From: Rhizonema sp. PD37
GTDB lineage: Bacteria; Cyanobacteriota; Cyanobacteriia; Cyanobacteriales; Nostocaceae
Length of the DNA: 64,000 nucleotides
NCBI GenBank assembly: GCA_029379215.1
Contig: JAQYWO010000014.1
Location: 416 to 64,415, forward strand
Reading direction: 5' to 3'
The position numbers were made by a program, and so were the translations under genes. The notes beneath the pieces were generated by a model that ran no database searches, was not told the origin of the DNA, and saw only the letters and a list, made by a program, of their open reading frames with translations. Shown in pieces: positions 41,171-49,783 of this stretch (its first letter is position 1; each line of letters starts with the position of its first letter).

Positions 41171-42325
41171 CTAGTTCAATCCAGAACTGTACTGTTTATT
41201 GAGTTTAATTCCAGGGGCATAACTGACTGCCTCAATACGTTTGAGCTTTTTGTGCAACTGCTTATATCGTGCTGTTGCTCCTTGTTTTGCGTAGAGAGTC
41301 GCGGCCTCCCGATCATCTTTAATTGCTCCTTGTTTGTCTCTTAACTCGCAGCGAGCAATAGCGCGAATCATGTAGGCATCAGCCAAGTTAGGAGCGAGCT
41401 CAATAACGTGTGTATAATCTTCGATTGCTGCCTTATAATCTTTTAGAAAATAGTGGGCATCAGCAAGTCCTTTGTATGCATCAGTATAGTTTCGATCAAT
41501 TTTAATAGCTTGAGTGTAGTCTTTAACTGCTTTTAGATATTCGCTATTTACACTTTTTTTCTTTCCCTGATTAAAGAAGCTTTTTGCTTGATTTTTTTGA
41601 GAGTTCCTTTTTTCAATTTTTTGCTCTCCCTGATTAAAGGTGCTTTCTGCTTTGTGTTTTTGAGCAAAGTTATTAAATCCTAAAACTCCAGCAACAACTA
41701 AAACACTAGCCGCAATAAGAACTGAGCGAGTGGATATGTTTGGAGAGCGAATAATTTTCTGAAAGAATTGGTTATAAATGAAACTGTTAATAGGTGTAAA
41801 AATTGCAGCTTGTTTTGCTATAGTAAACTGTGTCTGCTTTTGCTCTTGTTCCAATTTCTCAATTTCTTCTCTAATGCCTTGAGCAATATCTACAAATGCT
41901 AGATTGTGGGTTATCCAAACTCTTCTGTTATCTACAGGTTCGCCATTGCTAGGCAAAGGTTTTAAGTCTCTAAACGGTGTAGCCTCCCAGTTATCAATTT
42001 GGCGGAGTTTAACAGGGATAACAAGGGATTTTTCACGATCGTGCAGTTTCATAGCCTGCTCTCCAATCTTCCAGCCATCAACCGAATTCATAAAATCTTT
42101 ACTAACTAGCAGAACAATTACGCGAGATGTCTTCAGGTGTCGGTAATTTTCCTGCTTCCAGTTACTTCCCGCAACCGTTTGACATTTATACCAGTTGATC
42201 CTCAATCCATTATTTCGTTTCAAATTGAAGAGTTGTGCGTCTAAATTTGCACGCATGTTTTCGTCTTTTTGGGAGTAGAAAAAGGAAATAGTAATAACTC
42301 TGCTAAATATCGGAAAGACAGACAT
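41171..42325 (-). CDS. TIR domain - TM helix - TPR repeat protein
   Basis: N-terminal TIR_2-like block (ISFFYSQKDE...VIVLLVSKDFMNSVDGWKIGEQA...VIPV). Hydrophobic SVLIAASVLVVAGVLGF. C-terminal TPR units (YTQAIKIDRNYTDAYKGLADAHYFLKDYKAAIEDYTHVIEL...). Confidence 0.75.
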   Translation of the reverse strand: MSVFPIFSRVITISFFYSQKDENMRANLDAQLFNLKRNNGLRINWYKCQTVAGSNWKQENYRHLKTSRVIVLLVSKDFMNSVDGWKIGEQAMKLHDREKSLVIPVKLRQIDNWEATPFRDLKPLPSNGEPVDNRRVWITHNLAFVDIAQGIREEIEKLEQEQKQTQFTIAKQAAIFTPINSFIYNQFFQKIIRSPNISTRSVLIAASVLVVAGVLGFNNFAQKHKAESTFNQGEQKIEKRNSQKNQAKSFFNQGKKKSVNSEYLKAVKDYTQAIKIDRNYTDAYKGLADAHYFLKDYKAAIEDYTHVIELAPNLADAYMIRAIARCELRDKQGAIKDDREAATLYAKQGATARYKQLHKKLKRIEAVSYAPGIKLNKQYSSGLN

Positions 42326-42400
42326 AAATTACAACTTAGTTCTGTTATATGAATGAAATGCTTTTAAACAGCTCAATGTTCACAACTTTTTAATCTGCAC

Positions 42401-43612
42401 TTAAGGTAATTCGCCACATAGTTTTCCTATTTCTTCGGCAAATTCTTCAGCAATGGTAACAAATGCTTCATTCTGACTTTTCCAATATCTACTAGTTACA
42501 AACTTACCATTCTTAGGTAAAGGCTGGAGATCGCCAAGCTCGAACTTACCAGGCTTAACGGTTTGCCAACCTGCAACTGAACTTAGAAGTACAGGAATCA
42601 CGAGAGTCCCTTCTTCTTCTCGTCTTTCCATTGCTCGCTTAGCCTCATAGTCAAGGTGGTAATCCGAAGAAAGAAAATGCCGACTAATAAGTAAGAGAAT
42701 TATAGAAGCTGAGTTCAAATGCTGAGTAATCTCTACCTTCTTATGTTTCCCTGGTGCAATTTTACTTTCATCCCAAATTTTTATATTACCTTGCGACTCC
42801 AAAAAGCTAAAAGATATTTGTAGATCCTTTCGGAGTTTTTCATCTTTTGGACAGTAAGATAAGAAAACTTCCATATTCTCTATATTTGCTTGTTTCGATT
42901 TGTGAAATGTTAGTAAATCTTGTTGGAGCTTGTAATTTACTAGAGTGGAAGTTTCCGGCTTAGTAGATTTTGGGGTTTGAGGTTCAACGCCAACAGCAGA
43001 AAATAGAGCAGTTGTGTTTAAACCTTCATTGTGCAACTGGCTTTTTGTGAACAGTTTAGGAGTCAAATACTCTGGAATACGTGAGACGCGGATAAGTTGA
43101 CGACCTAATTCGTAGGCAGATTCAACAGAATTTCTATCCCCTAAAGCATCGTAAAAACCAACGGCAAATTCAATTGCCGCCTGATCACCTATTTCTTTGC
43201 TCATGCCGATGACGTAATCAATATGTTGCGCGATCGCCTGAGCTTGAATCTCCGAATGACAAGCATTGAGTAATACACATTTAACATACTCCGCAAAATA
43301 CTTAAACAATCCAGCTAGCGCCTCTGCATCTACTAACTTTTCTTGCCCTGTTTCATCCTCAAATACTAAGCCTTTTTCCTGAGCGCCATGTCCTGAAAAA
43401 TGGACAATCTGTGGCTGGAAGTACATGATTTCTCGATGAATATCTCTATAGCGCACTGCTACTGCCAATTCAATTTGAAATTGGTCGCGTCCTTTTGATT
43501 GTCTTAATCCATTCTTTATTTCGCGTAACTCTTCGTCTATACGCAGTCTGCTTGTACCTTTCGGATTGGCTGCCAAAATTAAGATTTTGTTGACTGAGGT
43601 TCCACTATTCAT
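42401..43612 (-). CDS. caspase-like (minimal CHAT) protease domain fused to a TIR domain
   Basis: N-terminal ILILAANP...IVHFSGHG...CVLLNACHS (His/Cys dyad in caspase/CHAT spacing). C-terminal TIR_2-like VFLSYCPKDE...IILLLISRHFLSSDYHLDYEAKRA...VIPVLL. Confidence 0.75.
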   Translation of the reverse strand: MNSGTSVNKILILAANPKGTSRLRIDEELREIKNGLRQSKGRDQFQIELAVAVRYRDIHREIMYFQPQIVHFSGHGAQEKGLVFEDETGQEKLVDAEALAGLFKYFAEYVKCVLLNACHSEIQAQAIAQHIDYVIGMSKEIGDQAAIEFAVGFYDALGDRNSVESAYELGRQLIRVSRIPEYLTPKLFTKSQLHNEGLNTTALFSAVGVEPQTPKSTKPETSTLVNYKLQQDLLTFHKSKQANIENMEVFLSYCPKDEKLRKDLQISFSFLESQGNIKIWDESKIAPGKHKKVEITQHLNSASIILLLISRHFLSSDYHLDYEAKRAMERREEEGTLVIPVLLSSVAGWQTVKPGKFELGDLQPLPKNGKFVTSRYWKSQNEAFVTIAEEFAEEIGKLCGELP

Positions 43613-43809
43613 TTAAGGATTTTATGTAGATACTATTTAGCACTGCAATTTTCAGTTGAATTTTCTTGAGCCGATCTGACAAGGTATATACCTTGTCACT
43701 CAGAGCCACTCAGAAATCTAAATCCTGGATATTACATATAATTACATAGAGCTTGCCGCAAATTCCAGATGAATAGCGACTCAAAAACTCTTTACATTAC
43801 AACTCATCC

Positions 43810-44184
43810 TTAAACCTGCCTCAGCATCCACAGCATGGGGTCGAGAATCCGTAATCCTTCAAAAGAGGAAGCTGTTTCACTGTTATTACCTATGCCAATA
43901 GCACAACATAAGAAAAATCGCACTCTAGAAAAATGACTGCGGAGGTTACGAACAAAGTTACCAGCACCGTAATCGATCAGGAACTCTTCTACCACCTTGT
44001 CCATCGCATCTTCCACCTTACGAATTTTGGCTTGAGGATGATCCAGCATGTACTGACGTGCCGCTGGTTCTCCGATTTTTTGCTCCATATCAAACGCATC
44101 AGATTTAGTAACGACGACAGCTAAAGGCGCACGAACTCGTTGATTGCGCTTGAGATTGAGCTTAGTCTCAAAGAGCATCAACAT
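43810..44184 (-). pseudogene. P-loop GTPase-like gene, C-terminal fragment (N-terminal part decayed)
   Basis: VVVTKSD resembles the NKxD specificity motif. No Walker A in the ORF. Upstream (44209-44400) only frame-broken pieces can be read (..ISSGKCRKK.., ..TFHYVDAL*). Confidence 0.4.
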
Positions 44185-44189
44185 AGTGG

Positions 44190-44208
44190 AACGTGCAAAT
44201 CGTTTCCA
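44190..44208 (+). repeat. 19-bp direct repeat, copy 2 (AACGTGCAAATCGTTTCCA)
   Basis: Identical to 40665-40683. Lies at the frame break of the GTPase remnant. Confidence 0.9.
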
Positions 44209-44695
44209 TCGTATCGCTTGTTGCTTTGACTACAGGTGAGAGCGCATTTGCTACATTCAATTCTTTACACTTAAGAAGGCGTAACGGCAGTCGGCAGCTA
44301 TGCTGCTATGTATCCCCATAAATAAATATATTCGATTTAATAAGGACGTAGCATTTCTTGCGGCACTTTCCGCTCGAAATACATATTTTTTTCTTTTTCA
44401 TACTTAAAAGTAGGGGCTTGTACCCACAATTATGATAACTTTGAGCATCCCTTTATACCTTTTTTCTTTTACCTCCTTCAGCATAGCTGCAATCATGCCT
44501 CTGCCTTTCCTCGGTCATCTAGTATACCGATTTTTTCTAAGTAAATAATCCTTGCCTTAAGTAACTTGCAGATGATAGCTAACAAGGTTGGCTTCTTAAC
44601 CAGGAATAGCTGAAGATTTTGGATTAGCGATCGCAAACAAAATAAATGATGCACTACAGTCTCATGTAAAATTGGATTAAGTAAATAAATCCTAT

Positions 44696-45451
44696 ATGCT
44701 CTATATGGATACCCTAAAGCAAGCGGCAAAAAGATTATTAGGTCAGTCTTTAGTGAATAAATGGCGATTATGGAAAGTCAAAAAAACATATAAGGAGCTA
44801 GTGGGAAAATCGTCAGAAGAAATATTTACTTCGTTTTACGAAAAGAATCATTGGCGCGATGAACAATCAAAATCCGGTCCTGGTTCATCAGACTTTGAAA
44901 CTAAACATATTCGCACGATTTTGCCTAACCTAATACAAGAGCTTAATATTAACGTCCTCTTGGATGTACCTTGTGGCGATTTCAATTGGATGAAATTTAT
45001 TGAATTGGGAAATTGTGACTACATTGGTGGAGATATTGTCAAAGAACTAATCACAATTAATCAAAATAAATATGCAAGCCATAAGCGGAAATTTTTATCT
45101 TGTGATATTAGAAAAGATGAGCTTCCATCTGCTGATTTGATTCTCTGTAGAGACTGCTTTTTCCACTTATCATTTGAGGACATATTTGCAGCAATAGAGA
45201 ATTTTCAAGCTACTAAATCGATATATTTGCTAACTACCACTCATCCTGATACTAGAGAAAATCTTCCTATCGTAACAGGCGGTTATCGTTCTCTTAACAT
45301 GTGCCTAGAACCCTTTAACTTTCCAACCCCATTAAAACTTATTTATGAAAGACGTGATGCAGGTTTTGCAGATACTGATAAGTGCATAGGTCTTTGGAAA
45401 CTGAGTGATCTGCTCAATAAAAAGGGAAGATATTTATCGACAAATGTTTAA
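44696..45451 (+). CDS. class I SAM-dependent methyltransferase
   Basis: Motif I-like LLDVPCGDFNWM. Motif post-I GGDIV. LILCRDCFFHL. Confidence 0.65.
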   Translation: MLYMDTLKQAAKRLLGQSLVNKWRLWKVKKTYKELVGKSSEEIFTSFYEKNHWRDEQSKSGPGSSDFETKHIRTILPNLIQELNINVLLDVPCGDFNWMKFIELGNCDYIGGDIVKELITINQNKYASHKRKFLSCDIRKDELPSADLILCRDCFFHLSFEDIFAAIENFQATKSIYLLTTTHPDTRENLPIVTGGYRSLNMCLEPFNFPTPLKLIYERRDAGFADTDKCIGLWKLSDLLNKKGRYLSTNV

Positions 45452-45596
45452 CCCGGATTTGTTCTTACAAGCCTACGGTAAGATATATCGCACAACACGA
45501 GTGCAATGACACGCCCGCGCAGCAGACGAAACTGTAGATGGAATGTCAAGAGCAAAAATTGATGCCATGATTAACGATCTTCGTTATGAAAGGTAT
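45450..45596 (+). pseudogene. reverse transcriptase (group II intron / retron-type) N-terminal fragment
   Basis: My translation: NPDLFLQAYGKIYRTTRVQ*HARAADETVDGMSRAKIDAMINDLRYERY. It matches the RT N-terminal pattern ..AY.kIy.nkGa.TpG...eTvDGMs.ekI..li..Lr.erY. One in-frame stop, and similarity ends after RYERY. Confidence 0.5.
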
Positions 45597-45686
45597 CTAG
45601 GCTTCTTCTTGACGAGCATATTTCATCCACTGTTGCTGTACAGTTACAAGCAATCAACTGCACTGATTTATACTGTAGTGGGTAGT

Positions 45687-47861
45687 TCACAACCAAGTTC
45701 TCGGACGCACGCGGTTGGCTTCATCAACCAGGTGGATCTTTTCATCTCCAGTTGAGAGGTGTGCCATATCCCGCAGGGCTTTTTCCAACCCTTTTCTAAG
45801 ATACAATTCCTCCAAAGGTTGTCCTAGAATTGAAATCGCGGAAGTAGAGGAGAGTGCTTGAGAAGTGACAAGATGTAAGGCTGTCTCCAAAACCTGTTTC
45901 GTTAATTGATGGCGATCCATACCTTTGAGAGTCAGCGCTTCAATTGCTGTGGAAGCTTCTTTGAGTTCTTGTGCACCAGGTGCGGAACTGGAACGATCAA
46001 TAAGTGTCCGAGCAATTTCCACACGCGATCGCGTATACAAATTGGAAGTTTGCGGTACGCGTTCCAATGCTGCCACTGCATTGTTTCTATCTCCTGTGGC
46101 GCATAAGCAACGAGCTAAACCGAAAGTAGCTGAGGTATAACTGGGATCGGTACGAGACACCAAGTCGTACATCTGAATTGCTAGTGGCAAATGATCTGCT
46201 GCTTCTGCTGCTAAAGCAAGTGCTAGTTTAGGTGTTAGTTCTCCAGGTAAATCAAAGTAAACTTGGTCAAAAGCTGCTTGAGCCTCTTGAGCTTTACCGT
46301 GTGCCATCAAACTTCGTCCCCGATACCACAGCACTCGCCAATCCCAAGGGTCTTTTTGCTCCACTTGTGCCAAAAGCTGTTCCGCCTCATCATAAATACC
46401 AACTTCAATCAAGCTGTTTGCCAAACGCAGCAATGCTTCCTTAGAATCTGGAAAGTGCAGGACAACTTGTCTCAAACTGGTTACTCGCTTCACAGAATCG
46501 GCAATGGCACTCGCATTGAGTATCGCGTTAAAACCTGGTTCTGTGGTATCCAACATCGGCATCGGCAACTGGTGATAATCGGCTTTGATGGCACTCAAAT
46601 CACCACTATTGATCAGTGCCAGCATATCTCCACCAAAAAGGTTACTGGTAGCTGGACGTGGAGTCTTGGTTTCCCTAGCAACAATCTCCCGCAGCACTCC
46701 AAGTAACTGATCTGCCATTTCATCAGCAGACTGGAAGCGCTCGTCAGGATTTTCTGCTGTGGATTTTAGTAAAAAACGATACAAGGACTCTTGCTCGGCA
46801 AACAGTGGTTCTTCTTGAGGACTGGGCAGCTTGTGTAAATGTTCTTTAGTAAAGCTGCTGATGTTAGTGAGCAAAACAGCAAGAGTCCTGCCAATGGTGA
46901 ATAAATCTGAGACTACCGTTGGTCCTTCACTCGCTTCAGGAGCGCTGTAGCCGACTGTACCATAAATGTCCCCGTGCAGATCGTCTATGCGTCGCACGCC
47001 GCCCAAGTCGATTAATTTTACATCGTTGTCTTCAAGCATCACGTTATCCGGCTTGAAGTCACAATATACCAAACCTAAGGAATGCAAGTAAGCAAAAGCA
47101 CTTAAAATCCGGTGAATGTAAGCGATCGCCTCCGTGACTGGCAATGGACCTCGCTGTTTGCGAATGTCCCTCAACGTTTTGCCACCCACATACTCCATAA
47201 CGATGAAGCCTTCGCTACCGTAGTTAACAAAGTTATAAATGCCGACAATATTGGCATGTTTCACCGCAGCTAAAAATTGACGTTCTGCCACTGCCACTGC
47301 TGCACTTGCCGCATCTTCAGTATTTAGCAGACCTTTGAGTACGACGTAACGAGACAGCGTTTTATCAAAGCCCAAGTAAATCCAGCCCAGTCCACCAAAG
47401 GCGATCGCACCTTTAACTTCATATTGTCCAGCCACTAAATCTCCTGGAAAGAGAGACGGTATAAAGGAATACTTGTGCCCACATTTGGGACAAAAGCCTT
47501 TCTCACGAACGAGAGGATTGTTGCAATTTGCACAGAAGCGTTTGTTGTCGGGAACCTTCGCCTCCACCATGATTGCCTTTTCTGGTTCTGTGGAAGGAAG
47601 TTCGGGCACAGAGACAAGTCCGGCCCCAAGTTGCTTGCGGGTGCTTCTCTTCGAGGTGTTGTTTGTACGACGCGAACCTTTAGAACGATTGGTTAGTGGA
47701 GATGATCCCGTACCTGTAGTAATGTTTGTGCTTTGCTTCGTTTCCATTCGCATGGAAACATCAACCAATGACGAATTGAAGTCAGCAAGTCCGCACACAT
47801 TACAATAGCCATCTTCAATGATGCCAGTACACTTATTATGCTTACAGCGATCGCCTTCCAT
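45687..47861 (-). CDS. Ser/Thr protein kinase with two N-terminal zinc ribbons and C-terminal TPR-like repeats
   Basis: CKHNKC...YCNVCG and CANCN...FCPKCG. Kinase blocks GGLGWIYLG, VVLKG, YCDFKPDNVM, DLGG, GTVGYSAPE. Helical repeats in the C-terminal half. Confidence 0.85.
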   Translation of the reverse strand: MEGDRCKHNKCTGIIEDGYCNVCGLADFNSSLVDVSMRMETKQSTNITTGTGSSPLTNRSKGSRRTNNTSKRSTRKQLGAGLVSVPELPSTEPEKAIMVEAKVPDNKRFCANCNNPLVREKGFCPKCGHKYSFIPSLFPGDLVAGQYEVKGAIAFGGLGWIYLGFDKTLSRYVVLKGLLNTEDAASAAVAVAERQFLAAVKHANIVGIYNFVNYGSEGFIVMEYVGGKTLRDIRKQRGPLPVTEAIAYIHRILSAFAYLHSLGLVYCDFKPDNVMLEDNDVKLIDLGGVRRIDDLHGDIYGTVGYSAPEASEGPTVVSDLFTIGRTLAVLLTNISSFTKEHLHKLPSPQEEPLFAEQESLYRFLLKSTAENPDERFQSADEMADQLLGVLREIVARETKTPRPATSNLFGGDMLALINSGDLSAIKADYHQLPMPMLDTTEPGFNAILNASAIADSVKRVTSLRQVVLHFPDSKEALLRLANSLIEVGIYDEAEQLLAQVEQKDPWDWRVLWYRGRSLMAHGKAQEAQAAFDQVYFDLPGELTPKLALALAAEAADHLPLAIQMYDLVSRTDPSYTSATFGLARCLCATGDRNNAVAALERVPQTSNLYTRSRVEIARTLIDRSSSAPGAQELKEASTAIEALTLKGMDRHQLTKQVLETALHLVTSQALSSTSAISILGQPLEELYLRKGLEKALRDMAHLSTGDEKIHLVDEANRVRPRTWL

Positions 47862-47880
47862 AAGATTTAGGAGTCAGGAG

Positions 47881-48098
47881 GTGTGTCGTGGGTTTAATGT
47901 ACATTTCTTATGTACAGAAGAAATGTACATAAGATTTGAACAGAGGCGAGCAGATTATCAAACCCGCCTGTATACAAGTTATAAATAATACTGTTTTAGC
48001 ATTCATCATTTCTAATTCATAACTCCACGCCTTTACAGACGGGTTTCACAAGACTTGAAATTGACTCACAACTTATCTGAATTAAACCCACGACACAT
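47881..48098. repeat. palindromic MITE-like element (17-bp terminal inverted repeats, nested inner inverted repeats)
   Basis: gtgtgtcgtgggtttaat (47881-98) versus attaaacccacgacaca (48081-97). Inner 13-bp perfect hairpin 47897-47909/47918-47930. aaacccgcctgta/tacagacgggttt is nested. The right arm overlaps the last codons and stop of the 405-aa gene. Confidence 0.7.
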
Positions 48099-49299
48099 TG
48101 TTCAAGCGTTTTTCGTATTGAGACACCAGATTAGCAGCTTTGTCTAAAGGAGTTGGTCGGGTGTACAAAAGCTGCTGAGCTTGATAAGCTAAATCAGCTA
48201 AAGTCGCATCTTCAACCATTCCCCGTGCCAGCGCCTTGGCTTTAAGAGCGTCGAGTCGTCCGCGCAACTCGGCTCTAATTTCTAATGGTGCTTTGTTTGC
48301 TGCATAGGCTTTTTCAGTTGCTGTAATATATTCCTTCACCTTGAGTGTCCAGTTTTCCAGACCAACTTGCACGGGATTTATCAAGCCTTCAGCAAACTTG
48401 GTTTCCAGTCTACTCAGCCAAGACGAAAGTGCAACGATATGCTCACTTGCCAAAGGAGGTTGCAGCATTGAATGGTCAACTACCTTTAAACTACTCTCTT
48501 CAAAGGCAGCTATTGCTAGGCGATGTAGTTCTACCAACTTTGATTGTAGTTGGTGTGCGCTTTGCCAATTTTCTTGCCATAGTTGCTGCTGTTTAGCAAC
48601 CTGCTCTAAAGATATTTTCACCCGCCCTATGAGGGGTTGAATTTCACGAGTGAAATCTACACTTACTCCCAACGGATCGCTCTCAATCCTCTGACGCCAG
48701 AAAGTCATCTTTTGACTGGCGTCGGCAAGTTCTGTTAAGGAATCGACACCCAGCGAATCAGCCCATTTTTGCAACGTCTGAATCTCGGTTTGTGCGTTAT
48801 CCAGCATGGGTTCCAAGTGCAACCAAGCTTCATCAACAGCCAAAACGGCTTCCTTGGCGATATTAAAGGCGAGAGTCATTAGCACGAGTAACTCTTGAGG
48901 AGCGATCGCATCTGTAATCTCTGCCGCACTCAAAAGTCCTCTTTCTGCTAAGGAAATTTGTGTGGCAGCGAACTGAATGGATCGTTTTGTGAGAATTCGT
49001 TCAATTTCTTGCAGTTTCTGTGGCGATACCAAAAACCGTGGTATGGATAAGCGCAGTTGAGTTGCCTTATCGACTGTCTGCACAAGTAAGTCGAAATACC
49101 CGAACAAATCGTTCATTGCCTCTAATGCTGGACGCAATCGCGCTTGAGTAACTCCCACAATTTTTGCATTGGGGAATCCAGATATACCAGTAAGCCGTTG
49201 GTAAGTTGGAAGTCCATGCAAGTCTATCAGGTTCTGACCCGCAAGATCGATTCTCTTTTTCCAATCGGCTAACAATTGGTCAATTTCTTCAAGAGTCAT
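48082..49299 (-). CDS. hypothetical all-helical protein (405 aa), first gene of the kinase/phosphatase module
   Basis: Long ORF, same strand, directly upstream of the kinase. Heptad-like Leu/Gln/Glu-rich sequence. No enzymatic motif. Confidence 0.6.
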   Translation of the reverse strand: MTLEEIDQLLADWKKRIDLAGQNLIDLHGLPTYQRLTGISGFPNAKIVGVTQARLRPALEAMNDLFGYFDLLVQTVDKATQLRLSIPRFLVSPQKLQEIERILTKRSIQFAATQISLAERGLLSAAEITDAIAPQELLVLMTLAFNIAKEAVLAVDEAWLHLEPMLDNAQTEIQTLQKWADSLGVDSLTELADASQKMTFWRQRIESDPLGVSVDFTREIQPLIGRVKISLEQVAKQQQLWQENWQSAHQLQSKLVELHRLAIAAFEESSLKVVDHSMLQPPLASEHIVALSSWLSRLETKFAEGLINPVQVGLENWTLKVKEYITATEKAYAANKAPLEIRAELRGRLDALKAKALARGMVEDATLADLAYQAQQLLYTRPTPLDKAANLVSQYEKRLNNVSWV

Positions 49300-49372
49300 G
49301 AGTTAGTTGTTAGATGTTGGGTATTGGGTGTTGGTTGTCAAAAATTACTAATAACCACTTCCTATCTTTACA

Positions 49373-49440
49373 ATGACTCAATAATGCCGCCACCCAAAAC
49401 TCTTTCCTCATCGTACCAGACTGCCGCTAGACCTAGTTCA
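49373..49440 (-). pseudogene. mnmA 3'-end remnant, copy A (divergent)
   Basis: 31 nt (atgactcaataatgccgccacccaaaactct) are identical to 55501-55531. Encodes ..[19 protein letters not shown], compared with mnmA ..[18 protein letters not shown]. Confidence 0.75.
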
Positions 49441-49511
49441 TGCGACAACGTACGTTTCGCCGTCCCTGCTTCTTGTTGTCATTGTATGTACAATGAGCAT
49501 ATAATCTGGGG

Positions 49512-49781
49512 ATGAAAATTATCCGGTGGGATCTCAAGAAGAATGAAAAGCTTCGGTCTGAACGAGGGGTGTCTTTTGAAGCGGTTCTTGCGGCGTTGGA
49601 AACAGGAAACCTTCTTGATGATTACATTCACCCGAATCAAGGCAAGTATCCAAATCAACGTTTACTGGTCGTCCAGATCGAAGGGTATGCGTATCTTATC
49701 CCGTACGTTGAAACCGAGTCAGAACTTTTCTTGAAGACTATTATTCCATCTCGCAAGGCAACCAAGCAGTACCTACTTTAG
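49512..49781 (+). CDS. BrnT-like toxin (DUF497-type)
   Basis: IIRWDLKKNEKLRSERGVSFE... and C-terminal LKTIIPSRKATKQY fit the BrnT pattern. A cognate antitoxin gene follows after 2 nt. Confidence 0.65.
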   Translation: MKIIRWDLKKNEKLRSERGVSFEAVLAALETGNLLDDYIHPNQGKYPNQRLLVVQIEGYAYLIPYVETESELFLKTIIPSRKATKQYLL

Positions 49782-49783
49782 AG

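Noticed and set aside
45543-45755. 70-aa ORF
   Set aside because: Only its first 18 codons carry signal (the RT relic). The rest overlaps the kinase gene end antisense.
49276-49515. 79-aa ORF between the 405-aa gene and brnT
   Set aside because: It is antisense to the divergent mnmA 3'-end remnant (copy A) and has no start context.
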